Shown piece by piece: positions 10,088-20,007 of a DNA stretch of 64,000 nt; position 1 is the first letter of the stretch, and the number at the start of each line of letters is the position of its first letter. The translations under genes and the position numbers were made by a program. Source of the stretch: a candidate division WOR-3 bacterium (GTDB lineage Bacteria > Hydrothermota > 32-111); contig JBDRZU010000002.1 of NCBI GenBank assembly GCA_039804105.1, positions 224,001 through 288,000 of the forward strand, in the 5' to 3' direction. The notes below the pieces were generated by a model, which worked only from the letters and a program-made list of their open reading frames with translations, had not been told where the DNA came from and searched no databases.

Positions 10088-11417
10088 TTTTAAGTTCCTT
10101 TATTCTTTTTAAGGCACTAAGGTAAAATTCAGTTGAAGGATAATCGTTAACTATTTTTTCTAGAAACTCTATTGATTTCAAAGTATCGTTATAATCTTTT
10201 AAATAAATATAGGACAATGCAAATAAACTCTTTGGAGAATAGTAGGAAAGAGGGAAAGAATCAACTATATTTTTATATCCTTTTATAGCATCTTCAGTTT
10301 TTTCAAGGAAAAAATATTCGATTTCAGAAAGAAGAAATCTGTTTTTTACCTTTTCCTCATCACTCAACTCTAAGTTTTCATCCTGTAAAGAGAGTAAAAG
10401 TTGTAAAGATTTTGATTTCGCTTCTGCCTGATAAAAGAGAGGGGAGTTCTGTTGGATCTCGGTTAACATCCTGTAAGATTTTTCTGCATTTTTTATATCG
10501 TTAAAATATTTTTCATAAATATAACCTTTTTTAAACAAAAGTGAATCCATAAGGTATCTATCTCTTTTAGATAAAATATCATCTATCAGTTTTATTGATT
10601 TTTCATATTCTTTCTTTCTTTCGAGTATTTGAACTTTTAGGTAATAGAAAACATTCCTTTTATCATGGTTTTGAAATATATCTATCGCACGGTTGGTATA
10701 TTTTTCTGCATTTTTAAAATCTTCAAGTTCAACATAACAACCTATAAGGTATCTATAATAATCGAAAATAAAATCTTTTGGTAAAGATTTTACATTTATT
10801 TTTAGAAGATTTTTTAACGCTGTATCGTACTCTTTTTTTAGATATTTAATCTTTCCCTTTAAAAAAATGTTTACAGGATTATTTTTTGTTTTATATGAAA
10901 TATTTTCTATCAAACTATCAGCACTGTTAAAATCTTTTCTTTCTATATAAATGTTCACTATCTCTTTTAACACTTCATTTTGGAATTTCCCATTCTTTGA
11001 AATGACCTGGCTGAATATTGTTAAAGAGATGTTCGTATCCTGTTGCATCAGATATGTTTTGCCAAGGTAGAACAATGCTTCTTCAAAATATTTTGAATCT
11101 GGGAAATAATCTATTAGTTCCGTAAATTTTTTTATCGCTTTTGAATAATCACCTTTATACATATATGATTTACCTATAAGAATTAAGGCATCGTCTACAT
11201 ATTTTGAATTCTGGTGGAGTTGTAATATCTTAGAAGATTTTTCTATCGATTTATCAAGGTATGTTCTATCAACAGGTTTATCATCTTCAAGTGGTTTAAT
11301 ACCAAGTTTATAATATTTTTCAGCGTTATAAAATATATTGAAATATGCATTAAAATTTGCACATGAAAAAAACATCATCAATAATACTGTAAAAAAAAGT
11401 AAAAATGATTTTTTCAT
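10080..11417 (-). CDS. TPR-repeat lipoprotein with SprE/PorW-like N-terminal region
   Basis: Lipobox-like MFFSC, then 'YFNIFYNA...KSIEKSSKIL..H..SKYVDDALILIGKS.....Y..A...F.ELI..FP.S' and many TPR units. Confidence 0.7.
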   Translation of the reverse strand: MKKSFLLFFTVLLMMFFSCANFNAYFNIFYNAEKYYKLGIKPLEDDKPVDRTYLDKSIEKSSKILQLHQNSKYVDDALILIGKSYMYKGDYSKAIKKFTELIDYFPDSKYFEEALFYLGKTYLMQQDTNISLTIFSQVISKNGKFQNEVLKEIVNIYIERKDFNSADSLIENISYKTKNNPVNIFLKGKIKYLKKEYDTALKNLLKINVKSLPKDFIFDYYRYLIGCYVELEDFKNAEKYTNRAIDIFQNHDKRNVFYYLKVQILERKKEYEKSIKLIDDILSKRDRYLMDSLLFKKGYIYEKYFNDIKNAEKSYRMLTEIQQNSPLFYQAEAKSKSLQLLLSLQDENLELSDEEKVKNRFLLSEIEYFFLEKTEDAIKGYKNIVDSFPLSYYSPKSLFALSYIYLKDYNDTLKSIEFLEKIVNDYPSTEFYLSALKRIKELKND

Positions 11418-11515
11418 AATTTATGATTATATCAGATATACAAAAAAAATAAAGAAGGATTAAAACCTATTCTGTTTATATTGACTTTAACTATTTTTAT
11501 CTATAATATTTTTTT
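11418..11515. promoter_or_regulatory. Divergent sigma70-type promoters, both near-leaderless
   Basis: Minus strand: TGaTATAAT (11434-11426), 8 nt before ATG 11417. Plus strand: TTGACT (11481-11486) with TATAAT/TAATAT (11502-11509), 6-8 nt before ATG 11516. No SD on either side. Confidence 0.65.
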
Positions 11516-12991
11516 ATGTTTTCAATCTATGGAGAAACTTCAAAGAAAATAGATAAGGTTTGTCTTGAAAAATTTTTCATAAAACCAGAAATCTTAATGG
11601 AAAATGCAGCTATCGCTTCCTGTAATACTTTAATTTCGAATTTTAAATTTGAAAGACCTGTGATAGTTTGTTCAACCGGGAACAATGGCGGTGATGGTTT
11701 TGCGCTTGCGAGACACCTTTTAAATAAAAACTATGATGTTTCAACAATAGTTTTAGGAGACACTGAAAAATTATCCAACGAAAGTCAAACGAATCTTAAA
11801 ATTTTAATGAAATTAAGTCGTAACATCATTTTTAACCCTTCTGAAAATAAATTTTCTAACATTTTGAAATCATCTGATCTAATTGTAGATGCTTTATTTG
11901 GAACAGGTTTTCATGGAGAATTCACACCTTTCTTCAGAAAATATGTAAAAAAAATCAACGGATCAAATAAAAAAATATTTTCACTCGACATACCTTCTGG
12001 GCTTGATTCAAATACTGGAATGTACGATGTAGATACGATACGGGCTTCTGCAACGATCACTTTTGGTTTTGTAAAAACAGGAATGTTGTGGGTTGATTCT
12101 AAAAAATTTACAGGTGATATATTTGTCGCTGACATATCGATTCCATACCAGATAATTTTCGATTATGATTTTCAAACGATAATAGAAAAAGATATAATTG
12201 TTGGATTTATAAAACATTTCAGGATAAAAAAGGAAAACTATTTTCATAAAAGACAGAAAGGTAATCTGTTTCTTATTGGTGGAAATAAGGGAATGGAAGG
12301 TTCTATACAGATAGCTGCGCTTGGAGCAATGAAAACTGGTGCGGGGATAGTTTATGTCAAACAACTTGGAAACGAAAAAATCAAATTTTTAAAAGAGGCA
12401 GTCTATATTGATAAATTTGAGGATGGAATTTTAAAGAGTGAAAACATAGTTATCGGTTGTGGATTTGGAAACGATCAGAAATCAAAAGAAACTTTTATTG
12501 AGATGATAAAAAAATTGGATCAAAAAAAAGTCATAATCGATGCTGATGGTATAAACATAATTGCACAACTTGATGAGAAAAACAAAAAAAGATTTTTAAA
12601 AAATAAAATCATAACTCCACATCCAGAAGAGTTTTTCAGGCTAACAAAAAAAAGGTTTTCAAACATCAAAGAAAAAATTAAATTTGCAGAAGAATTTTCA
12701 AAAAACTATTCAACTGTAACGGTATTGAAATCACCACCAACTGTTATAACTGATGGAGAGAACACTTTTATCCTTCCCAATTCAAATTTAAAACTTGCAA
12801 CAGCAGGTTCAGGCGATCTTCTTGCAGGAATAATTGGCGCTTATGTTTCATTTGGATATGATCTTTTAACATCATCTCTTTTAGGTGTTTATACACATTT
12901 TAGATCAGCGGAAATATCAAAATCTAAAAACCCTCTTATAAGCGAGATCGCACAAAATATTGGTGAGGTGCAAAATGAGATTTTTTTATAA
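11516..12991 (+). CDS. nnr: Bifunctional NAD(P)H-hydrate epimerase/dehydratase
   Basis: LMENA, GNNGGDG, DALFGTG and DIPSG (YjeF_N); IDADG, TPHPEEF and LATAGSGDLLAG (YjeF_C). Confidence 0.95.
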   Translation: MFSIYGETSKKIDKVCLEKFFIKPEILMENAAIASCNTLISNFKFERPVIVCSTGNNGGDGFALARHLLNKNYDVSTIVLGDTEKLSNESQTNLKILMKLSRNIIFNPSENKFSNILKSSDLIVDALFGTGFHGEFTPFFRKYVKKINGSNKKIFSLDIPSGLDSNTGMYDVDTIRASATITFGFVKTGMLWVDSKKFTGDIFVADISIPYQIIFDYDFQTIIEKDIIVGFIKHFRIKKENYFHKRQKGNLFLIGGNKGMEGSIQIAALGAMKTGAGIVYVKQLGNEKIKFLKEAVYIDKFEDGILKSENIVIGCGFGNDQKSKETFIEMIKKLDQKKVIIDADGINIIAQLDEKNKKRFLKNKIITPHPEEFFRLTKKRFSNIKEKIKFAEEFSKNYSTVTVLKSPPTVITDGENTFILPNSNLKLATAGSGDLLAGIIGAYVSFGYDLLTSSLLGVYTHFRSAEISKSKNPLISEIAQNIGEVQNEIFL

Positions 12992-14519
12992 ATTGACTTT
13001 TATTTCAACCATTTTCTTATTTTTCAATTCTTCTTTTTGTAATCAGAATATAATGTCTCCTGATTATGAAAACCTTTCTTATTTTTTAAATGTTCTTGAT
13101 ATTTCAGGTGATCTTGATAATATATATATTGCAACATCTTCTGGTATTTTAAAACTTGATAGATTCACCAATGAGGTAACAACTCTGCTCTCTTTTAGAA
13201 AATGGATGTACGATATCCCCTTTAAAAATCTTTTTCCAGATCCCATACATGGTAACAATCTATATTTTACAGGCAGAGATTTTTTATACCATTACGATAT
13301 TTTTAACGACACAATAGAATACTCTAAAATTTTAGATTTCTCTGGAAAATCGGTTTCACTTATCGGTGTCACAGAAGAATCACTCTTTGTTAAGATCGAC
13401 ACTCTTGTATATTCATCATCGAAATATGGTTTGAAAACTGAAAACTGGGTTTTAAGTAAAAATGACAAGAAAATCAACTGGAATAAAATAAATAAAAATG
13501 TAAAAGATTATCCTCAACTGTTACCTCATAGTATATTTTATGGAAACAGGGAATACAATTTCACAACTGTATATGAGGACATCAACAATTATTATGTTGG
13601 AACAGATGGAATAGGTTTTTTGAAGATTGACAAAATAAGTTTAAAAAGAAAACATTTTCTTTATGGAACAGGTTCTCTGGATATCAGATCGATTTCCCTT
13701 GATTCTTTAAATAATCTATGGATCGCAGGATTAAACTGCATCAACATTACAAAATACGATATAAACAAAAGAATTTTCACCTATTACAATTTATCAAACA
13801 TACCAGAAATACCAGATAACCAGATAAATATTATATCTTCCTCAAAAAAATATGTTCTCTTTTTAACTCAACTTGGTGGAATCTTTTATTATGATATTTC
13901 AAAAGATAGATTTTTCAACATCCCAAATTCTATAACAACAATATTTTTTAGAGCAAAACCCTTAAGAGATGGTCTTTTTATAGTATCAGGCGATAGAGGA
14001 ATAGGATTTGTTGATATACAGGAGAAAAAATTTTATCAAAAATTTGATAACATCCAATCCGTAATAGATCTTGAAGTTTATAAAGATACCATATATTTCG
14101 TCTCACAGAATAAACTCTATAAAACTCATTTAAACGATTCTTCTTATTATCCTGTTCAGTTTGATTTTCCAACATTTTTTGTTTACCAGTTCTATAAAGA
14201 TGATTCAACTGAAATTTTACTCGATAATGCTTATATACACATAAAAAATGGACAAGAAAAATATGTTTCATATCCGAACAACCTTTTTGGAGAATTTTAT
14301 GATCTTGCAAAAAAAGGAACTCTTATATTTGCTGCAGCAACAGATGGTTTCGGTATATTTTCTCTAAAACAAAGAAAATGGGAAATATTCAATAAAAAAA
14401 GATACCCATTACCTTCAAATAGTTTCTACAATATAGTTTTATCAGATAAATATTTTTTTGTAACAACAAGATCATCACTTTTAAAAGTAAAATATGATAT
14501 CATTGCACCAGAAAAATAG
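12975..14519 (+). CDS. Secreted beta-propeller protein with Reg_prop-like repeats
   Basis: Signal-like MRFFYKLTFISTIFLFF; motifs DIRSISLDSLNNLWIAG, IPDNQINII, LPSNSFYNI, YVGTDGIG. Confidence 0.6.
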   Translation: MRFFYKLTFISTIFLFFNSSFCNQNIMSPDYENLSYFLNVLDISGDLDNIYIATSSGILKLDRFTNEVTTLLSFRKWMYDIPFKNLFPDPIHGNNLYFTGRDFLYHYDIFNDTIEYSKILDFSGKSVSLIGVTEESLFVKIDTLVYSSSKYGLKTENWVLSKNDKKINWNKINKNVKDYPQLLPHSIFYGNREYNFTTVYEDINNYYVGTDGIGFLKIDKISLKRKHFLYGTGSLDIRSISLDSLNNLWIAGLNCINITKYDINKRIFTYYNLSNIPEIPDNQINIISSSKKYVLFLTQLGGIFYYDISKDRFFNIPNSITTIFFRAKPLRDGLFIVSGDRGIGFVDIQEKKFYQKFDNIQSVIDLEVYKDTIYFVSQNKLYKTHLNDSSYYPVQFDFPTFFVYQFYKDDSTEILLDNAYIHIKNGQEKYVSYPNNLFGEFYDLAKKGTLIFAAATDGFGIFSLKQRKWEIFNKKRYPLPSNSFYNIVLSDKYFFVTTRSSLLKVKYDIIAPEK

Positions 14520-15555
14520 ATTTTTATTTTTTATAATATTTCTTCTACCTTTTTTGATATCAAGTGAGAAAATTCAAGGAATATATGTTTCAAGATATGT
14601 TGCTTCATCAAATAGGTTCTATAATCTTTTAGAAAAATTGAAGGAAAACAGTTTCAATGCTGTTGTTATAGATATGAAATATGATTATGGTGATGTTGCA
14701 GTGAATCTTGATTCAACATATTCTCTTATAGGTTCATATCAAAAAATTAACCAACTTAAGGAGAAAATCGATACCCTCAAAAAACTCGGAATAAAACCTA
14801 TAGCAAGAATCGTTTGTTTTAAGGATAATATTTTGGGAAAATATGACAATTATAAATATGCAGTTAAATATTCTGACGGTTCAATATATTATGATCTTTC
14901 GAAAGCGATTTGGGTTTCTCCTTATTCAAACTTTGTTCAGAATTACATAATAGATATAGCAAAAGAATGTGCAAAAATTGGTTTTTCTGAAATTCAGTTC
15001 GATTACATCAGATTTCCAACAGACGGAATAAAGGGAACTTTGGTTTTTCCTGAAAGAAACAGTTTAAACGGTTTTGAAACGATTATAAATTTTTTGAATA
15101 AAGCATATAACGAACTTAAACCTTATGGAGTTGATGTATCCTGTGATGTTTACGGATATACCGTCTGGTTTGATTCTTTAAACCTTGTTAACCAACATCT
15201 GGATGGTATGGCTGTGTATGCTGATGCTATATATCCTATGGTTTATCCATCACATTTTTCTGATTCACTTTATAGAAAATTGGGAAAAGAGGAAAGAACA
15301 TATCAGATAATATATCAAAGTGGTGTTAAATCAAAAAAAAGGATTGAAAAATTTAATACTAAAACTATACTTTATCTCCAAGATTTTACATGGAAATCTT
15401 CACTTATGGGAAACGATTATGTTAACAACCAGATAAAAGCTGCAATAGATTCCGATGTTGAAGGGTTTATCTTGTGGAATCCATCTTCAAAATATTCATA
15501 CTTTGAACTTCCAGAAAAAATCAATTTTTCAAATTATAAAAAGGACAAGAGATGA
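14494..15555 (+). CDS. Putative glycoside hydrolase (DUF4015-like TIM barrel)
   Basis: NAVVIDMK...G, IARIVCFKD, WVSPY, EIQFDYIRFP, PMVYPSHF, LQDF and LWNP motifs. Confidence 0.8.
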   Translation: MISLHQKNRFLFFIIFLLPFLISSEKIQGIYVSRYVASSNRFYNLLEKLKENSFNAVVIDMKYDYGDVAVNLDSTYSLIGSYQKINQLKEKIDTLKKLGIKPIARIVCFKDNILGKYDNYKYAVKYSDGSIYYDLSKAIWVSPYSNFVQNYIIDIAKECAKIGFSEIQFDYIRFPTDGIKGTLVFPERNSLNGFETIINFLNKAYNELKPYGVDVSCDVYGYTVWFDSLNLVNQHLDGMAVYADAIYPMVYPSHFSDSLYRKLGKEERTYQIIYQSGVKSKKRIEKFNTKTILYLQDFTWKSSLMGNDYVNNQIKAAIDSDVEGFILWNPSSKYSYFELPEKINFSNYKKDKR

Positions 15556-16394
15556 AAAAATTTTTTTCATATTTAAAAGATATCAAAAATTTTATTTTCA
15601 GAAAAGATTTTTTTACGGTAACTTTTTATACACTCTGGTCAGTTTTTCTTTTATATAATAGTGAATTTCTATATCCATTATCAATGTGGCTACTTTTTTC
15701 TTTGCTTGCACTTTTTCTTGTTCCAATATTTTTTTATATCACCGTGAATGAAGAGAAAGTGTTTTTAAAAACACTCTATACCTTTATATTTGTATCTTCA
15801 ATAATTTTGTCATTTTACATTGTGAACCTTAAAGGTATAAAAAGAGATATAGGGAAAAATGAGTTTATCAATGGAATTTTAATCATATATTTTTTCTTTT
15901 TCATTTTATATTTTTATTTGAACAAAAAGTTCAGTTTAAAAAATTTTAACATAAGTTTTGGAGATAAAAAAAATTCTTTTATTTTAATAACGATTTCAAT
16001 AATAATAATTACCCCAATCATTTTCATCGTTTCAAAAAATCCTCAGTTTAAATCTGTTTATCCTCTTTTCAAAGTAATGAAAAATTCAAGATATGATTTT
16101 ATAAGATACGAATTCGCATTTTTATACTTTTTCTTTTTCTGGGAATTCTATTTTAGAGGAATAATGTTAAAATCTTTTAAAGAAATTTTCAAAGAAGATT
16201 TTATCGCTATAATTCTTCAATCACTTATTTTTACCTTTTTACATTTCGGAAAACCTGGCCTTGAAACTTTGTCTTCTTTTTTTGGGGGGTTTATTCTTGG
16301 ATTTTTTTCTTTAAAACTCAATTCGATCTTTCCAGCATTCTTTTTACATTTTTATATCTCTTTTCTTATGGATATTTTATCGATATATTTCTAA
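15552..16394 (+). CDS. CPBP (CAAX/Abi) intramembrane metalloprotease family protein
   Basis: Multiple TM segments; WEFYFRG, FTFLHFGKP..E, and 'SI.PAF.LH'. Confidence 0.85.
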   Translation: MKKFFSYLKDIKNFIFRKDFFTVTFYTLWSVFLLYNSEFLYPLSMWLLFSLLALFLVPIFFYITVNEEKVFLKTLYTFIFVSSIILSFYIVNLKGIKRDIGKNEFINGILIIYFFFFILYFYLNKKFSLKNFNISFGDKKNSFILITISIIIITPIIFIVSKNPQFKSVYPLFKVMKNSRYDFIRYEFAFLYFFFFWEFYFRGIMLKSFKEIFKEDFIAIILQSLIFTFLHFGKPGLETLSSFFGGFILGFFSLKLNSIFPAFFLHFYISFLMDILSIYF

Positions 16395-17300
16395 GATTGG
16401 AGCATATTTCTTTTTTATTCTTTCGTTCAACAACTTTCCCAACTTTATATTTGCAATCTCTTCTTTTACTTTATCCTTTATCCCATTTAGCAAAGTATCA
16501 AGAATTTCTACCAATATCTGAAGATCATTTTCATAAAAAAGTCCAAGTGTATAGATATATTCATCCTGTTCATTTTTAAATTCAAGGTTTATCCTTATCT
16601 CTTTTTTGAATAGAACAAAAAAAACATTCTCTCTACAAAGATCCTCTATAATTTTTTTCTTTTCCTTTTCTTTCAAAATTAGAACCCATTCTCTTGAAAT
16701 TCTGCTTTTTGAAATATTTTTAAAAAGTTCTTGTTCATTCAAAGATTTTTTTAAATCTGTTAGAGTATTTTCATCATAATTAAACTTAAATCTTTCTTTG
16801 TATTTAAAAAACCTAAAGATCCTTGTAGGATCCTCTATAAAAAGATTTTCTCTGTTTTCTCTTATAATTTTATTTTCAATATCTTTGATACCATTTAATG
16901 GATCTAAATAGTTATGCTCTTTTAAAGAATAGGCAATACTATTGATCGTAAAATCTCTCCTTTTGATATCATCAATTATTGTTCCTTTCGAAAGTTCAGG
17001 AAGCATACCATTTTCAGGATAATATTCTTTTCTTGTAAAAATAATATCGAAAGAAGAATCATCAAGAACAAATTTGTATGTTTTCAACTTTGATTTTGTT
17101 TCTTTTATAATCTTTTTTCCAAAATAGATTTTAAAGTATGAAATAAACTTCTCAATATCTCCCTCAACAGCAATATCTATATCGAAAAAATCATCCATAC
17201 CAAGGAACTTATCCCTGATGACACCACCTATTAAATAAACATTAAAATCTTTTGATTTTGGAATATTGTTCAGGTGAGTTAAAATTTCATTAAATTTCAT
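16377..17300 (-). CDS. cca: tRNA nucleotidyltransferase (class II CCA/A-adding family), short form
   Basis: GGVIRD, DIDIA, RRDFTIN and EDPTRIFR motifs. Confidence 0.85.
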   Translation of the reverse strand: MKFNEILTHLNNIPKSKDFNVYLIGGVIRDKFLGMDDFFDIDIAVEGDIEKFISYFKIYFGKKIIKETKSKLKTYKFVLDDSSFDIIFTRKEYYPENGMLPELSKGTIIDDIKRRDFTINSIAYSLKEHNYLDPLNGIKDIENKIIRENRENLFIEDPTRIFRFFKYKERFKFNYDENTLTDLKKSLNEQELFKNISKSRISREWVLILKEKEKKKIIEDLCRENVFFVLFKKEIRINLEFKNEQDEYIYTLGLFYENDLQILVEILDTLLNGIKDKVKEEIANIKLGKLLNERIKKKYAPILEIYR

Positions 17301-17327
17301 AAAAAAGGGGGAACTTTAATCCCCCTT
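17301..17327 (-). terminator. Intrinsic terminator-like hairpin
   Basis: Minus strand AAGGGGGA-ttaaagt-TCCCCCTTTTTT, directly after the 17336 gene stop and abutting the cca ATG. Confidence 0.75.
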
Positions 17328-17335
17328 CAAAAAAT

Positions 17336-18919
17336 TTACAATCTTTTCTTTGCTTTATCTAAATATTTCTGCGCTTTTTCGTGTTTTGGATCTATTTTCA
17401 AAACAGCCTCAAATTTTGCAACAGCGGTCTTGTAGTCACCAGCAAGATACGCTGCATAACCTTCTTCGTAAAGTTTATTTGGATCAGCAGTTTGTTTTGT
17501 CTCTTTTGGTTTTTCAACAGTTTTTTGTTCTTCTTTCTGTTGTTGTTTTTTCAGTTCATCTATATGTTGGAGTGCCTCACTATTTTTTGGATCAAGAAGT
17601 AAAAGGTTGTTCCATTCAGAAATCGCTGATTTAGTCCATCCTTTTGCTTCATATGAAAGAGCATTCTCTCTATATGTTTTTATCATCTGTTGTTTTTTTG
17701 TATTTGCTTCCTGCATATAAGCAAGAACAGTTGGATCATCAGGTGCAAGTTTTATCGCTTCGTTCAGTTTTGACAGAGCACCAACAATATCTCCTTTGTT
17801 CAAAAGTGTTTTCGCATCCTTTGCAAGTTGTATAGCTTTATCGTGGTTTATCTTTTCTGTATCATCCTTTTTATTCAGTTTAACATTAAGTTCAGTTGTA
17901 ACACCAGATGAAACTGTAAAAATTCTTTTTTGCCATTTGTATCCATTCGATTCAATCTTTAAGGTATATTTCCCGGGTTTTATCTGTAATTTTTTATATC
18001 CTCCTGTCAAACTTATCGGCTGAATATTTGTTTCCTCAAAAGTCAATGTTGCATCTAAAAGTTTATCATTCGAAGCATCAACAACATTTATTATCAAAGT
18101 ACCTGTACTCTCTTTTTGAGGTCCACCAAAATTGATAGTATAATTTGCTCCGATTTCGATTCTCGGTTTTAAAGCAGGATCACCTGATGTGAAAAGTTCA
18201 GCATGTGTTAATCCAAAAACAACATTCAAATCTTTTAGATTATATTTCAAACCAAGATTAACATCCCTTCCTGTTACATCTCCAAGAAAACTCAACCCAT
18301 AAACTATTGGTATCTCTGCACCACCAAAGAAACTGAACATAAACTCGTTTGCACCATTTTCAAGTGTCTGATCATCAAAAAGGATCGAAGTTGAAAGATA
18401 TTTTCCTCTTCCATAACCAACAAATTCTCCTCTACCAAGACCCAAAGTGTATTTACCGAAATTTTTGAAATCTTTTGTTGCAACGATGTATAAAGAGAAC
18501 CAGTCCTGTGACCTCAAACTATAATTATGATCTGAAAGACCTATAGCACTTGTGTCACCTCCCCCCCCTTCATCGATATATTTTCTATAGGTTATATTTC
18601 TTATACCTGCAGAAAGTGATGGAAGATTTCCTTTCGGTTTTAAAAAGTTGTATTGGAAATCTATCGTATAATCTTTATATGTAAGCATATTCAAAGTCAC
18701 ATCGAACATATCAAGAAGCCCATATGAGAAAAACAGATTATAGGTGAAAGGAACATTGTCATTTGTAAAAGCAGATGATAAAGAAAAATCTATCCCGAAA
18801 GAGAACTCACCATTTTTTTGTATTTCTGCTGTTGGAATATCTAAAAGTCCATTTGAGTTTGCAAATGGATAAAGAGCAACAAAAATTAAAAGTACTAATA
18901 TTGATAATCCCCTCTTCAT
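17336..18919 (-). CDS. Outer-membrane protein: YjbH-like beta-rich N-terminus, carboxypeptidase-regulatory/PEGA-like domain, C-terminal TPRs
   Basis: Signal peptide; 'NGLLDIPTA' start; amphipathic strands; 'KPGKYTLKIESNGY'; TPR units (A.KLAPDD, LLLDPKNSEA, VLKIDPKHEKA). Confidence 0.7.
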   Translation of the reverse strand: MKRGLSILVLLIFVALYPFANSNGLLDIPTAEIQKNGEFSFGIDFSLSSAFTNDNVPFTYNLFFSYGLLDMFDVTLNMLTYKDYTIDFQYNFLKPKGNLPSLSAGIRNITYRKYIDEGGGGDTSAIGLSDHNYSLRSQDWFSLYIVATKDFKNFGKYTLGLGRGEFVGYGRGKYLSTSILFDDQTLENGANEFMFSFFGGAEIPIVYGLSFLGDVTGRDVNLGLKYNLKDLNVVFGLTHAELFTSGDPALKPRIEIGANYTINFGGPQKESTGTLIINVVDASNDKLLDATLTFEETNIQPISLTGGYKKLQIKPGKYTLKIESNGYKWQKRIFTVSSGVTTELNVKLNKKDDTEKINHDKAIQLAKDAKTLLNKGDIVGALSKLNEAIKLAPDDPTVLAYMQEANTKKQQMIKTYRENALSYEAKGWTKSAISEWNNLLLLDPKNSEALQHIDELKKQQQKEEQKTVEKPKETKQTADPNKLYEEGYAAYLAGDYKTAVAKFEAVLKIDPKHEKAQKYLDKAKKRL

Positions 18920-18937
18920 AAAAACTCCTTTTTTAAA

Positions 18938-18965
18938 ATGATAAGATAAAAATAAAATTTGTCAA
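18938..18965 (-). promoter_or_regulatory. Sigma70-type promoter for the 17336..18919 gene
   Basis: TTGACA-16 nt-TATCAT, then AAGGAG SD. Confidence 0.6.
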
Positions 18966-18994
18966 TATTTTTATTCAATTAATGCAAATAGAAC

Positions 18995-19020
18995 AAAGGG
19001 GTGTTTTTTACACCCCTTTT
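18995..19020. terminator. Intrinsic terminator hairpin
   Basis: AAAGGGGTGT-ttttt-ACACCCCTTTT, just downstream of the minus-strand fragment gene. Confidence 0.75.
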
Positions 19021-19027
19021 ACTTTTG

Positions 19028-19923
19028 TTATCGCTTCATTATCACTATCTTCTTATCTATCTTTGTGTCTCCGTCTCTCAACCTCACAAATATATTCCAC
19101 TTGGAACTCTATCCAGCTCATACATGTGCTCACCTTTCTTCATATTTGTACTATTGTATATAACCTTCCCCATCACATCATACACCTTTATCTCATTATC
19201 TCCACTATTCACTCTATACCTTATCCACCTATATCCGCATTCCAACTCACTCTTTATACCATCTACGTTCTTCACCTCTAGCAATTCCTCTATCCCACTC
19301 ATCCCAAATGTCCCTCTCATCACAACTGGATAATGGCATCTGAATGAGTTCAATGTACCTATTATACTCATTGAATCAGGATATATAGTATCACCTACAC
19401 TTATCGTTGGTTTGCTTATGTTTGTACTCAGTTGTATCATCAATATACTCTTCGATGGGTTCCAATACGCTGTTTCTATCATTCCAAATCCATCTGTCCA
19501 TCTGTGTCCACTCGATAATCTCAATACATCATCTATATTTAATGATGTTATCCCAAATCCGTTCGTTGGCTGATTAAAATACAACACTACATAATCATCA
19601 TCATCTATTCCACCTCCATATACACTTCCATCAAATGCTATCGCTGAATCTATCCTCAATGGCTTTCCAAAGTGTGCTCTCAACAACACCGTGTCTGCCT
19701 TTACATTGTATATGTTCGTATACACCCTCAAATTACCCTCTACCATACCTGTATCCACTGAAAATGCCTTCGTCCCATACCTAACACTATCTCCAGGATT
19801 TATTATTATTGGATATGTATATGCACTATCCCTCCAAAATGCATTGTTTTTATACTTCACTGAATCTACTTTTAATACACCATCTCCAACATTCCTGATG
19901 TATAAATCTCTCCAAATGTACAT
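19028..19923 (-). pseudogene. 5'-truncated, frameshifted fragment of a T9SS-type surface protein (Ig-like domains plus C-terminal sorting domain)
   Basis: No signal peptide; in-frame TGA 4 codons upstream of the ATG; starts mid-domain (LYIRNVGDGVLKVDSV). Ends ...VPSGIYL*, but adding one T at 19088-19090 gives ...SGIYFVRLRDGDTKIDKKIVIMKR* (TAA at 19030-19028), a CTD-type ending. Confidence 0.75.
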
Positions 19924-19943
19924 CCTGTTTGTTCATTGTCTTC

Positions 19944-19968
19944 GGGGACGGTGCTTGACTTTTTGACA
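19944..19968. other. GC-rich junction motif at the 5' break of the fragment
   Basis: GGGGACGGTGCTTGACTTTTTGACA, with an internal TTGAC direct repeat, in otherwise AT-rich DNA. Confidence 0.35.
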
Positions 19969-20007
19969 TTTTGGGGAAATGGTACTGTAAAAACAAAAAT
20001 ATATTTT

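Noticed and set aside
19028..19923. DGR template or variable repeat as an explanation for the odd composition
   Set aside because: No reverse transcriptase and no second near-identical copy with adenine-specific mismatches in the window.
18982..19966. Plus-strand ORFs 18982..19281, 19001..19333 and 19691..19966
   Set aside because: Antisense shadows of the minus-strand fragment; no SD and no recognisable motifs.
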